NCBI GenBank assembly: GCA_963768585.1
Contig: CAVYIF010000015.1
Location: 86,683 to 110,682 of the forward strand
Length of the DNA: 24,000 nucleotides
Direction: 5' to 3'
Source of the DNA: an uncultured Chloroflexia bacterium
Lineage (GTDB): Bacteria > Chloroflexota > Anaerolineae > Anaerolineales > Anaerolineaceae
A model generated the notes under the pieces. The model was not told the DNA's origin. It did not search any database and was given only the letters and a program-made list of their open reading frames with translations. Below are positions 1 to 8,720 of the stretch, piece after piece (positions within the stretch are counted from its first letter, which is position 1; the number at the start of each line of letters is the position of its first letter). Made by a program: the position numbers and the translations under genes.

Positions 1-68
1 AACCAGGCGCGGTACACCCGTTCCGGGGATACCGGCAGGTCGAACGAAAACTGCAGTGATTCAGACAT
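1..68 (-). CDS. SRPBCC/AHSA1-like protein; only the first 22 codons are present (gene runs off the left edge)
   Basis: ATG at 66-68 on the minus strand is preceded by GAGGT. It reads MSESLQFSFDLPVSPERVYRAW, a typical opening of Aha1/SRPBCC-fold proteins. The fragment is too short for a firm family call. Confidence 0.35.
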   Translation of the reverse strand, partial: MSESLQFSFDLPVSPERVYRAW

Positions 69-76
69 ATTTTACC

Positions 77-2213
77 TCATCCCGCCAGTACCACGATGCG
101 CCAGTGGAGCGGCGTAAGGACCGCCTCCTGCCCGTTGACGTTCTCCTGCAGCTCGATCACCCGTCCGGAAAGCAGGTCTTCAGCTTTGCCGCCGGCGAAG
201 AACCCTGAGGGGAAACGCAGGGTAGCCTGATCGCTGCCGGCGGGGAAAAAGACGAACACCAGGCGCTTGCCCAGGGCTGTACCGTACTTGATGTACAGGA
301 AAGCATCCCGGCTGCCACCCTGCATGTGCGGCGAAGCGCCGGGCTGCCGGGTCAATACCTCAATCTCCGGATGCCAGCCGGCAGAAAGCATGATTGTTTG
401 CAGGAAGCGCTCGAAACCGGGCGTCCAATCCTCAAAATAAGCTTCGCCCAGGTAGCTGCCGATCAGGATCACCCGACCCTGGCCGACCTTGATCTCGTTG
501 ACCAGGGCGCCATCGCGGGTGGACGACCAGATTTTGCCCTGCCCGGGCTGCCAGGGCGTCATCCACTGCGCCATGCCCATGGTAAGCTGTTCGCCGCCGG
601 TCTGCACGCTGAGCATCTCACCGGTCAGGTTGCGCCGCCCCACCTCATGCACGCCTGCCAGACGCGCGGTGAAGCGCTCCTCAGGATAGCGGTAGATCCC
701 GGCCGGGCTGAAGGCTCCGCACTCCGATTCGCACACCAGGGTGCCGCCCCGATGCACGAAAGCCGCCAGGGCGCGCTCGGTAGCCTCGCTGGTGACGACA
801 ACATGCGGCATAAAGAGCACTTTCAGGTCGTCAAGCACCTCCAGGTGCTCCTCTTCGACCACCATATAAGGGATCGAACGCCGCACCAGGGCGCGGGCAT
901 AGCCCTGCAGGGCGCCGGCCACACGCTTCGCGCTCCATTCCTGGGCCCAGTTCAGGTAGTAGGTCTGCGGGCTGAACAGCACCCCCACCGCAGGCTGCAC
1001 CGGCTGGTAAGCCTCGATCAGCGCCTGGTGGCGCTCGATCACTGCGGCGCTGGCGCCCATCGCCGCCAGGCGTTCCTCGGCCAGGCCGTCGTCGCCGGCG
1101 ATGCCAAAACCGCCCGAACTCGCGTCCAAAGATCTCATTGCGCCAGCACCAGAACAGGATCTTGTCCGCCCCACAGGCGATGCCGTTCCACACCCAGCGC
1201 TGCTGGGAAAAGGCGTCCACCGGCTTGTAGGCGGTAAAACCCACCGCCGAGCGCCCGCCCTGCACCTCGCTCAGCCAGACTTTCTTGCCGCGCGCCGCCG
1301 AACGCACAAACTCCACGCGCATGCCAAAGGCGGCCTCGTCGATATTCTCCCAGATGGGGAAGCTCGAGGTACCCACCCCGTCCAACTCGTCGGCGTAGAA
1401 CCAGTCGTTGCCGCGGTCGATGGCGTAGAAGAAGCGCTCCGGCTGGCCCACGTGCAGCGGGCTGGGCGCCGCGGCGTGTACCGTCACCGGGCGGTCCGGA
1501 TCGATGCCCTTGAGCAGGTCGTAGCGCGGTTTGCCGTGCTGGTTGGCGCGCCAGGTGAGGAAATGCTGCCAGGCCATCATATCGGTATAGGGCCGGTCGG
1601 GCGTCTTGCCGGGCATCACCTCCTGCCAGTCGCCGTAGCGCCGCTGCCAGGCGGCATTTAGCCCCTCCAGCCCACCGTATTTTGCCGAGAGCCACTCGCG
1701 GTAAGCCGCCAGGGTATGCGGGCAGAAGCACACCAGCCCGTCAGCCTGTACATTCCAGCGCAGTTCGTTCCAGGCATCCCAACCCACCAGGTTGGGCGCG
1801 CTGCGGTAGCGGGTGCCCGTCTGGCGCAGAAATTCGGCCATGCGCTCCCAGATCCCCGGGTGATCGAAACAGCCGCCGGGGGTGAGGCCAAAATGGATCT
1901 CGCCGCGGTTGGAGGAAATCACCTTGTGCCCCATGTGGTCGATCATTTCGCTATCGGGCACGGTATGGTGAATCCAGTAGGGGTGGATTTCGGCGATGGT
2001 GCTCAGCACCACGTTCAGGCCGTGTTTGCCGGCCAACTCCACCAGACGGTCGTAATCGTCATAATTAAACTGGCCCGGTTTGGACTCCACCCAGGCCCAT
2101 ACCACCCACAGCTGGACGGTATCCAGGCCGGACTGCTTGATTTTGGCGAAATCGGCTTCCCAATAGGTGTCAACCGGGAAAGGCGGACGGTAGTACTGCA
2201 CTCCGAGGTTCAT
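77..2213 (-). pseudogene. GH42-family beta-galactosidase, split by one frameshift
   Basis: Minus-strand ORFs 831..2225 and 77..1174 are two parts of one GH42-like enzyme. The first is the N-terminal TIM barrel (GVQYYRPPFP, WDAWNELRW, WLSEVQGG). The second is the middle and C-terminal domains. The frames join at ~1120-1130 (ILFWCWRNEIFG / DASSGGFGIAGDDG). Start placed at ATG 2213, with GAGGA 5 nt upstream. Confidence 0.8.
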
Positions 2214-2287
2214 AGGGGTCCTCAAATTTCTCCTTTCTTTATTCTAATGGGGAACCGGCAGGCGCTGCATGGCGGTTCCCCATGTGG

Positions 2288-4973
2288 TTAAATTTTTTCC
2301 AGATCGGCGGCGATGGCCTGCATGACCATTTGGTTAAACACGTTGGGCTCGAAGGCAGAAAGCTGGCGCAAGGTAAAACTCTGCGCCATTTCGGCCTGGA
2401 AGCTCTTAGCCGCCCCGGGGATGTGGCGTTCGACCACCGCTACGGCCGCTTCGCTGGCGAGCAGTTCTTTGACCGTGCTGTCCAGGGTCAGGCGCAGCGC
2501 AGTCTGAGGTTGACCGCCAAATATTACATCCGCGCTCAGAGTGAAGGCTGCCGCCGCGCGGATCTGCCGGGAGGAACTGCCCAACAGCCCCTCAAAAGCC
2601 CCGGCTTCCGCCATCCAGCAGTGCCGGCCTTCGTCAAAGAAAGCCAGCGCTTCCTGCCCGATCTGGAAGGTGACGGTGCGCGTCTCGTCGGGCAGGAGAT
2701 CGATCTTGGCAAAACCCTTGAGCTCTTTTTCGGGGCGCTGTACCTGGCTGCGCTCGTCGCGCACGTACAGTTGGACGACTTCCATCCCGGCCCGCGGACC
2801 GGCGTTGGTCACGTCCACGCTCACGGTGAGGGTTTCACCAGGGGCCATGACCGAACGATTCAAGCGAAGGTTGGTGTAGGCAAAGCTGGTGTAAGACAGC
2901 CCAAAACCAAAGGGGAACAGCGGGACAATGTTCTTCTTTTCGTAATAGCGGTAACCCACAAAGATGCCCTCGCCGTAATGCACTTTACCGTTTTCACCCG
3001 GGTAATTGATGTAGGCCGGGTTGTCTTCCAGACGCATCGGGAAGGTCTGCGACAGGCGCCCGCTGGCATCCTGTTTGCCAAAGACCACGTCGGCAATCGC
3101 GTTGCCGCATTCCTGTCCGGGGAACCAGGCCTGCAGCACTGCGCCGGCCCGCTCCAGCCAGGGCATGGCCACCGGCGAACCGGTCTGCAGCACGACCACC
3201 GTGTTGGGGTTGGCGGCAGTCACTGCTTCGATCAAAGCCGCCTGCGATCCAGGTAGCTCCAGATCGGGTTTGTCGGCGCCTTCGCTCTCCCATTCACCGT
3301 TGGTGCCCACAAACACCAGGGCCACCTCGGCCTGACCGGCCAGGGCTGCCGCCTGCTGCAGGCCATCATCCGGCGGCAGTAAGGTGCTGCCCAGGCGCAC
3401 CCCGGCAATTATCCCGGCCTCCTGCTTGCTGAATTCCATCACCAGGGCCAGGGGTGTGCCGGCGGTCACCTTCAGAACCACCGTCTGCTCGCTGCTGCCC
3501 ATGCCCATGAACGAGTCGCCTTTCTCCTGGTATGTCCAGTTATCGATGGCCAGCTTGCCATCCACCAGCAGCCGGCAGCGCCCGGAACTGGCCAGGCCCA
3601 GGACCATCTGCCCGCTTTCTGCGGGCGTGTAAATGCCGCTGATGCGCGCCGAAAAAGCCTGGGGATTAACGCCCGGCACGGCCTCGTTCATCCACACCTG
3701 TTCAGAGGTGGGCTGCGTGGTGGTATATACCGGCTCGCCGGACAGGTCCAGGTTGTTAAATATTCGGCGTGGAAGCCATGCTCCGCGCCGAGGGACTGGC
3801 GAAACCAGGGCAGATCCAGGCGCGGAGTGAATTTGTGGTTGACGCAGCCCAGGGCATAACTAACCTCAACCTCTTTTCCCAACTGGGCGGTGATCCCCTG
3901 GTAGGGGGTGACCGCATAGTGGGCATTGACCTGGGCGCTGCCGCCGCCCATGATCTGCGCCGTGCGCGCATTGGGGCCGATCAGGGCAATCATATTCAAT
4001 TTTTGCGGGTCGAGCGGCAGCAAACCCGCCCGGTTCTTAAGCAAAACGATGCCTTCGGCCGCCGCCTGACGGGCAACAGCACTGTGCTCGGGGCGGATCA
4101 CCGCTTTTTCGGCGAAATCGGGAGGTGTATCGAAGGCGCCCACTCGTTCGGATAAGGTTAACATGCGCGCCGCGGCGCATCACACCGCCTGGCTCACTTC
4201 CCCGGCCTGCACCGCCTGCACCAACCGCTCCCCGCGCCACATGGACGGCCCGGGCATTTCCAGATCCAACCCGGCATTGGCCGCGGTGGCTGTGCTATTG
4301 GTGCCGAACCAGTCCGAAATCACGATCCCGTCTAAGTCCCATTCCTCCGCAGAATTTCGCCAGTTCGGTGTGGTCGAAGCATAAGTGCTATTGATGCGGT
4401 TGTAGGAGGACATCAGGCACCACGTGCCGCCTTCTTTTACGGCAGCCTCGAAAGGCGCCAGGTAGATCTCGCGCAGGGGGCGTTCATTTACTTCCGAGCT
4501 GTTCGAATCGCGCTCAACCGGCATGTTCCAGACAAAGTGCATAGTGGCCGGCACACTGAGGCTCGCACCACGAATATAGGCCGCCGCCATGCGGGCCTAA
4601 AGGAAGGGGTCTCGTAATAGCACTCAAAGTTGCGCCCGTTGAGCGGCGAGCGGTGGATGTTGACGGTCGGGGCCAGCAGCACCCGGGCCCCCTTGGTATA
4701 GGCCTCCTCGCCCAGGGCCTGGCCCACCTGCTCCACCAGGGCCGTATTCCAGGTCGCCGCCAGGCCAATCCCGGCGGGGAAGCAGGCCGCGGTCTGCCCC
4801 ACGCCAAACAAATCGCCGCGCGAGCGTTCGGCCGTCGGTGACTTTGATCGCTGGGAAGCCCATACGTTCCACCCGGTTGGTCAGCCACATAGAGGCCCGG
4901 CCATCAGGGAAACTTTTTCCACGAGTGTCATGTCTTTGATCAATTTTTCGACACGATTACTGGGTTTGTTCAA
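2288..4973 (-). pseudogene. GH3 beta-glucosidase with PA14 insert and Fn3-like C-terminal domain, multiply disrupted
   Basis: Five minus-strand ORF pieces tile one GH3 protein: MTLVEKVSLMAG, RMGFPAIKVTDG, GVGQTAACFPAGIGLAATWN, LAPTVNIHRSPLNGRNFECY, GIVISDWFG (nucleophile Asp), then the C-terminal domain, a PA14 insert (ISGIYTPAESGQ...) and FGFGLSYTSF. Lesions: indels at ~4891-4900, ~4823-4834 and ~4608-4613; in-frame TAG at 4597-4599; in-frame TGA at 4180-4182; an indel in a T-run at 3758-3760. Start taken as TTG 4973 (AAGGA upstream). Confidence 0.85.
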
Positions 4974-4988
4974 TTTACTTTTATCCTT

Positions 4989-5088
4989 GTTGGGTCTCGG
5001 GCGGGCAGAACACTTTCAGCCGTAGGTTGAGTTGAGGGCGGGAAAACTTTCCATGATTATACGGCAAAAGCGTCCGCCCTAGACCCAA
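4989..5088. repeat. Three copies of a ~20-nt G-rich motif (GTTGGGTCTCGGGCGGG type): two direct and one inverted
   Basis: 4989-5005 gttgggtctcgggcggg. 5021-5042 cgtaggttgagttgagggcggg. 5074-5088 ccgccctagacccaa, which is the inverted copy. The outer pair can form a ~15-bp helix. A related pair is at 14710-14785. Confidence 0.4.
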
Positions 5089-5089
5089 T

Positions 5090-5812
5090 CTACGAGAAAA
5101 TCATCACCGCGCCCAGCGCCACCAGCACCAGGTAAACTACCCGCGAAAACACCTGGGCCGGGATGGCGTGGTGCACTTTCCCCCCGATCCACAGGGCCAG
5201 GAAGATCACCGGCAGCGATAGGGCATACAATTCCAGCACCGGCTGCGTCCACAAACCGGCCAGGGCATGCCCCAGGAGGATGAAAACGTTCAAAGGGGTA
5301 AAGCAGCCCTGCAGGGTGGCACGAAATTCTTCCGGCGGCAGACGGCGCAGCGTGCCGAAAATCACAATCGGCGGCCCGCCGGCGGTGACCGCGCCGCCCA
5401 TCAGCCCGGCAAACAGCCCAAACAGATACCCCCAACGCGGGCCCGGTATCCAACTCACCCTGGGGCGCGCCAGGTAGAACAGCCCGACCAGCACCAGGAC
5501 CACGCCCAGCGTCAGGGTGATCGCCTGCGCCGGCAGGCTGCGCAGGCCCCACACGCCAAAGGGAATGCCAATCACCGCCGCCACCATGACCCGCCAGGTG
5601 GCATGGAAATCGACGCGCTGCCAGGTTTGCAGCAGCAGAAACCCGGTCAGGGTGGTCATCATCAGGGCGGTAACCGGAGCAGCCATCTGCACTCCCAATA
5701 TCAGGGTCAACAGCGGCATGGCGATCAACGACTCACCGAATCCGAGGGTCGCTTTGGCCATACCCGCCAGAAATAAAACCGTTAAAGCCAGGGCAATCGT
5801 CAGGGGAAGCAT
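5090..5812 (-). CDS. TauE/SafE (DUF81) family sulfite/anion exporter-like permease
   Basis: Intact 240-aa polytopic membrane protein. It shows the internal duplication and Gly-rich helices typical of TauE/SafE (LAGMAKATLGFGESLI, FAGLMGGAVTAGGPPIVIF). Confidence 0.8.
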   Translation of the reverse strand: MLPLTIALALTVLFLAGMAKATLGFGESLIAMPLLTLILGVQMAAPVTALMMTTLTGFLLLQTWQRVDFHATWRVMVAAVIGIPFGVWGLRSLPAQAITLTLGVVLVLVGLFYLARPRVSWIPGPRWGYLFGLFAGLMGGAVTAGGPPIVIFGTLRRLPPEEFRATLQGCFTPLNVFILLGHALAGLWTQPVLELYALSLPVIFLALWIGGKVHHAIPAQVFSRVVYLVLVALGAVMIFS

Positions 5813-5875
5813 GGAATAATTATAGTGCAGCGAGACAGAGCTGTACCCTATCTCGCTGCTTTCATTTGTCGTTTT

Positions 5876-6643
5876 TTATAGACGGGCCAGCTCTTCCGGC
5901 AGGCGTTCATCGTTCGTCCAGGCGCGCAGCACCCGGCAAAACAGGTCCGGGGCCTGCAGGGGCCAGACATGGTTGAGACCGGGGACCAATGCCCCCGGGT
6001 GTTGGGCAGCGTGTCGCGCCAGCTTGCGCGCGGCACTTTTGGCGGTTGGCGTTTCTTTGCTCCCAACCATCGCCAGCAGCGGCCGGGGATTATTCATTGG
6101 AAGCTGCATATCCATCAGGGCCTGGATGGTGGTGCGGTTGAAAGCCTCGCTGGCGGTCGCCACCAGATCGGGGAAGACCAGATCGCGGTATTGGGCCGGG
6201 ATGCCCTGCTGTTTAAGGGTCATTTCAGCCAGGGTTTCGACCTTGTAAAGGCGCAGGATCCACAGCGAAGCCAGCGACAGGCGGCCCAGCCAGCGGTTCA
6301 GAACGGCGGCTGTGCCGGTCACCAGGGCGCGGTCGACCACTTCAGGCGCCAGGCGCAGCAGGGTAAGGACCACCGCCCCGCCCAACGACAGCCCTACCAC
6401 ATGCGCCTTCCCCCCCGGCACCCGCTGGCGGATCAACGCAGCCACCCGGCGCGCCGTATCGTCCAGCGTAAAGGGGGCGATACCCTCACTCTGACCCTGT
6501 TCGGGCAAATCCGGAGCCAGGATATGAAAATCCGGCAGCATTTCTATCGCCGGCTGCCACATTTTCGAACTCAAACCACCCCCATGCAGAAGCACCACCG
6601 CCGGCTGCCCCGGTTGTCCCGTTTCAAGTGTGTATAAATCCAT
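5876..6643 (-). CDS. alpha/beta-fold hydrolase
   Basis: 255 aa with the oxyanion HGGG (VVLLHGGGLSS) and the nucleophile elbow GLSLGG. GGAGG lies 6 nt upstream of ATG 6643. Confidence 0.85.
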   Translation of the reverse strand: MDLYTLETGQPGQPAVVLLHGGGLSSKMWQPAIEMLPDFHILAPDLPEQGQSEGIAPFTLDDTARRVAALIRQRVPGGKAHVVGLSLGGAVVLTLLRLAPEVVDRALVTGTAAVLNRWLGRLSLASLWILRLYKVETLAEMTLKQQGIPAQYRDLVFPDLVATASEAFNRTTIQALMDMQLPMNNPRPLLAMVGSKETPTAKSAARKLARHAAQHPGALVPGLNHVWPLQAPDLFCRVLRAWTNDERLPEELARL

Positions 6644-6841
6644 TTAAGCCTCCACCATCGATTCTAGTCCATTCTTGCAGGGAAACCCGGTCCTTGACGC
6701 CATTTTGACACGCCAACACAAGAAAGAGACGCCGGCGCCAGCAATCCTACGGCACGAATCCGCCTTCAAAATGAAGCACTGTGAAGTCATAAAAACAGCA
6801 TATTAATTTTTGGAGTCCAGCCTATTCCGCCTCCACAAAGC

Positions 6842-6870
6842 TTGAAATGACCGCCCGCCCGGCGTATATT
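6842..6870 (+). promoter_or_regulatory. candidate sigma70-type promoter for the methyltransferase/HgcA-like operon
   Basis: TTGAAA (6842-6847), a 17-nt spacer, then TATATT (6865-6870), in the lower-GC intergenic region upstream of 6900-8972. Confidence 0.35.
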
Positions 6871-6907
6871 ATGAGTAAGTTTTTTATTGGAGGCAACCAA
6901 TGCAAAT

Positions 6908-7030
6908 ATGAGCGGCTTGGCTTACGCCTTTGGTCAAGGCCAGTTGACCGTTTACCAGGCCCTGTTGGCCAAAACCGACGCGCAAGGCGCTTCCGGCCTG
7001 CCGCTGCTGCGCACGGACTGGTACGAATAA
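6908..7030 (+). CDS. small ORF (40 aa, MSGLAYAFGQGQLTVYQALLAKTDAQGASGLPLLRTDWYE), unknown function
   Basis: Third-position GC counted by hand is ~80% (31 of 39 codons), similar to neighbouring genes. GGAGG at 6889-6893 serves a 3-codon mini-ORF (ATG 6900, MQI, TGA 6909-6911). That stop overlaps the ATG at 6908. No homology recognised. Confidence 0.3.
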   Translation: MSGLAYAFGQGQLTVYQALLAKTDAQGASGLPLLRTDWYE

Positions 7031-7089
7031 AGGAGAAAAATTTTACAGAGCGGAAAGATCCAGGGAAGCACAAAGGAGTTTTATAACCC

Positions 7090-7784
7090 ATGGCAACCGT
7101 GTTTATGAAGTGGTTGGAAACCAGCCCAAAGGATTACGACCGCGGGATTCAACTGCTTACCCTGGGCAGAATCCAGCGCGTCAAAGAGAGAATCGCAAAC
7201 AGTTATGCGCATGAAGGGACGCGTATCCTGGAGATCGGCTGCGGCACGGGAACGCTCACCCTGCTGATGGCGCAGCGCGGCGCGACGGTCACCGGCATTG
7301 ACGCCTCGCCGCGCATGCTGGCCGAGGCCGAAAAGAAAGTCAAAGAGGCGCATCTCGAAGAAAACATATCCCTGAAATATATGGACGCCGCCCTGATCGG
7401 CGACCGCTTTCCCGCCGCATCCTTTGACCTGATTGTGTCTACACTGGTCTTCAGCGAACTTCCGCTGGATGACCAGCGTTTTGTTCTGGAAGCCTGCCAG
7501 AAACTGCTCACGCCGGACGGTCGCCTGCTGATCGCGGATGAGGTGATCCCTGCCAGGCTCATCCCGCGCCTGTTCTTTTATCTGGCGCGTTTGCCCCTGG
7601 TGCTGCTTACCTGGCTGCTCACGCGCACCAGCACCGCCTCCCTGCGCGATTTTGACGCGCTGCTGGCCCAGACCGGATTCCGTACGGAGGCTTTCCAATC
7701 GTATCTGGGGGGCAGCCTGGTTCTGTACGAATCGACGCTTGCCACGTGCCGGAGAAGACGCAACCGGCCTGCCGCCAGCAGTGA
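7090..7784 (+). CDS. class I SAM-dependent methyltransferase next to the HgcA-like corrinoid protein; 3' end uncertain (probable frameshift)
   Basis: ILEIGCGTG motif I at 7225-7251, DLIVSTLVFSE, LLTPDGRLLIADE, and a hydrophobic insertion RLIPRLFFYLARLPLVLLTWLL. As assembled, the frame runs without a stop to 8103, out of frame over the next gene. A 1-nt correction near 7740-7750 would end it at TGA 7782-7784. Confidence 0.7.
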
Positions 7785-8716
7785 CCGGCAGGCTGCGGCA
7801 TCGGGTCACGCTGCGCACGCTGCTGCTGGATCTTGGCTGTTATTTTTTCGCATTATCCCGCCCTTATCCCAAGGTGCGCACCGGGCTGTACGCGGTCGGG
7901 CACCCCAATTCGTCTTCGCCCGTGCTGGTGACCGGCAACTTCGACCTGACCGTACGCCGGCTGGTCCAGGCTATCGATGGAAAGGTCAACGTATGGGTGC
8001 TGGTGGCCGATTCGGCCGGGATCAACGTGTGGTGCGCGGCAGGCGGCGGCTACTTCACCGCCGAAAAAGTGATCGCGGCGGTAAAGTCGTCCCATCTGAA
8101 TGAAGTGGTCAGGCACCACGCCCTGATCCTGCCCCAGCTGTGCGCCAACGGCGTGGACGGCTGGCGCATACGCGAAGAAACCGGTTGGGGCGTGCATTGG
8201 GGGCCGGCCCGCGCGGCGGATATCCCGGCCTACCTGGCGGATAAGCGCAAGAAGACGGATGCGATGCGCTGGGTTCGTTTTCCGCTCAAAGACCGCCTGG
8301 AAATGGTTACGGTCACATTGGGATTTTATGCCCTGCTGATCTTACTGCCGGTGTTTATTTTCTGGCGGGATCTGTTCTGGCCGATCACGGCCAGCCTGTT
8401 GGGCTTATCGTATTTCTATGCCGTCGTTCATCCCTGGCTGCCCGGCCGCGACGGCCTCTACAAAAGCATCCCGCTCGCCGGCATCGCCCTGGCCGGGCTG
8501 TTTATCTACGCCGTCCTGTGGGGGCCGCTGCCGGCTCAGCAAATTTTTCATTGGGGGATCGGGTTGACGGCGCTGTCGGTTTTTTCCGCGGCCGAACTGC
8601 AAGGCATGTCGCCGCTGATGCGCGGCGAACAGGCCAATTGGGGCTATGAAGCGGTCATCGGTCTGGCACTGGGCGCGATTTATTGGTTGGTCCCGCTGGC
8701 TATTGGATGGAGGTAA
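7781..8716 (+). CDS. HgcA-like corrinoid-binding membrane protein (cap-helix NVWCAAGG, C-terminal TM domain)
   Basis: GLYAVGHPNSSSPVLVTGNFDLT, VLVADSAGINVWCAAGGGYF (8024-8047), ALILPQLCANGV and GPARAADIPAYL, followed by 4-5 hydrophobic helices. Start is uncertain: GTG 7781 (GTGA overlap), TTG 7739, or a fusion to the methyltransferase. ATG 7652 is rejected because it overlaps conserved methyltransferase sequence. Confidence 0.8.
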   Translation: MTGRLRHRVTLRTLLLDLGCYFFALSRPYPKVRTGLYAVGHPNSSSPVLVTGNFDLTVRRLVQAIDGKVNVWVLVADSAGINVWCAAGGGYFTAEKVIAAVKSSHLNEVVRHHALILPQLCANGVDGWRIREETGWGVHWGPARAADIPAYLADKRKKTDAMRWVRFPLKDRLEMVTVTLGFYALLILLPVFIFWRDLFWPITASLLGLSYFYAVVHPWLPGRDGLYKSIPLAGIALAGLFIYAVLWGPLPAQQIFHWGIGLTALSVFSAAELQGMSPLMRGEQANWGYEAVIGLALGAIYWLVPLAIGWR

Positions 8717-8720
8717 GCGA

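Noticed and set aside
4180-4182. In-frame TGA in the GH3 gene as a second selenocysteine codon or a sign of stop-codon reassignment.
   Set aside because: The position is not a redox or catalytic site. The gene also has a TAG stop and several frameshifts. Other genes in the window terminate normally at TGA (for example 15293-15295 and 22892-22894).
6650-7089. Cobalamin riboswitch upstream of the corrinoid-protein operon.
   Set aside because: I could not find the conserved B12-box or core elements on either strand by eye. Only a promoter-like match and small ORFs are present. The absence should be confirmed with a covariance model.
8646-8720. Longer start (8646) for the ferredoxin gene, as in the ORF track.
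   Set aside because: The extension overlaps the end of the HgcA-like gene and reads as Trp/Arg-rich filler. ATG 8721 has a GGAGG at ideal spacing.
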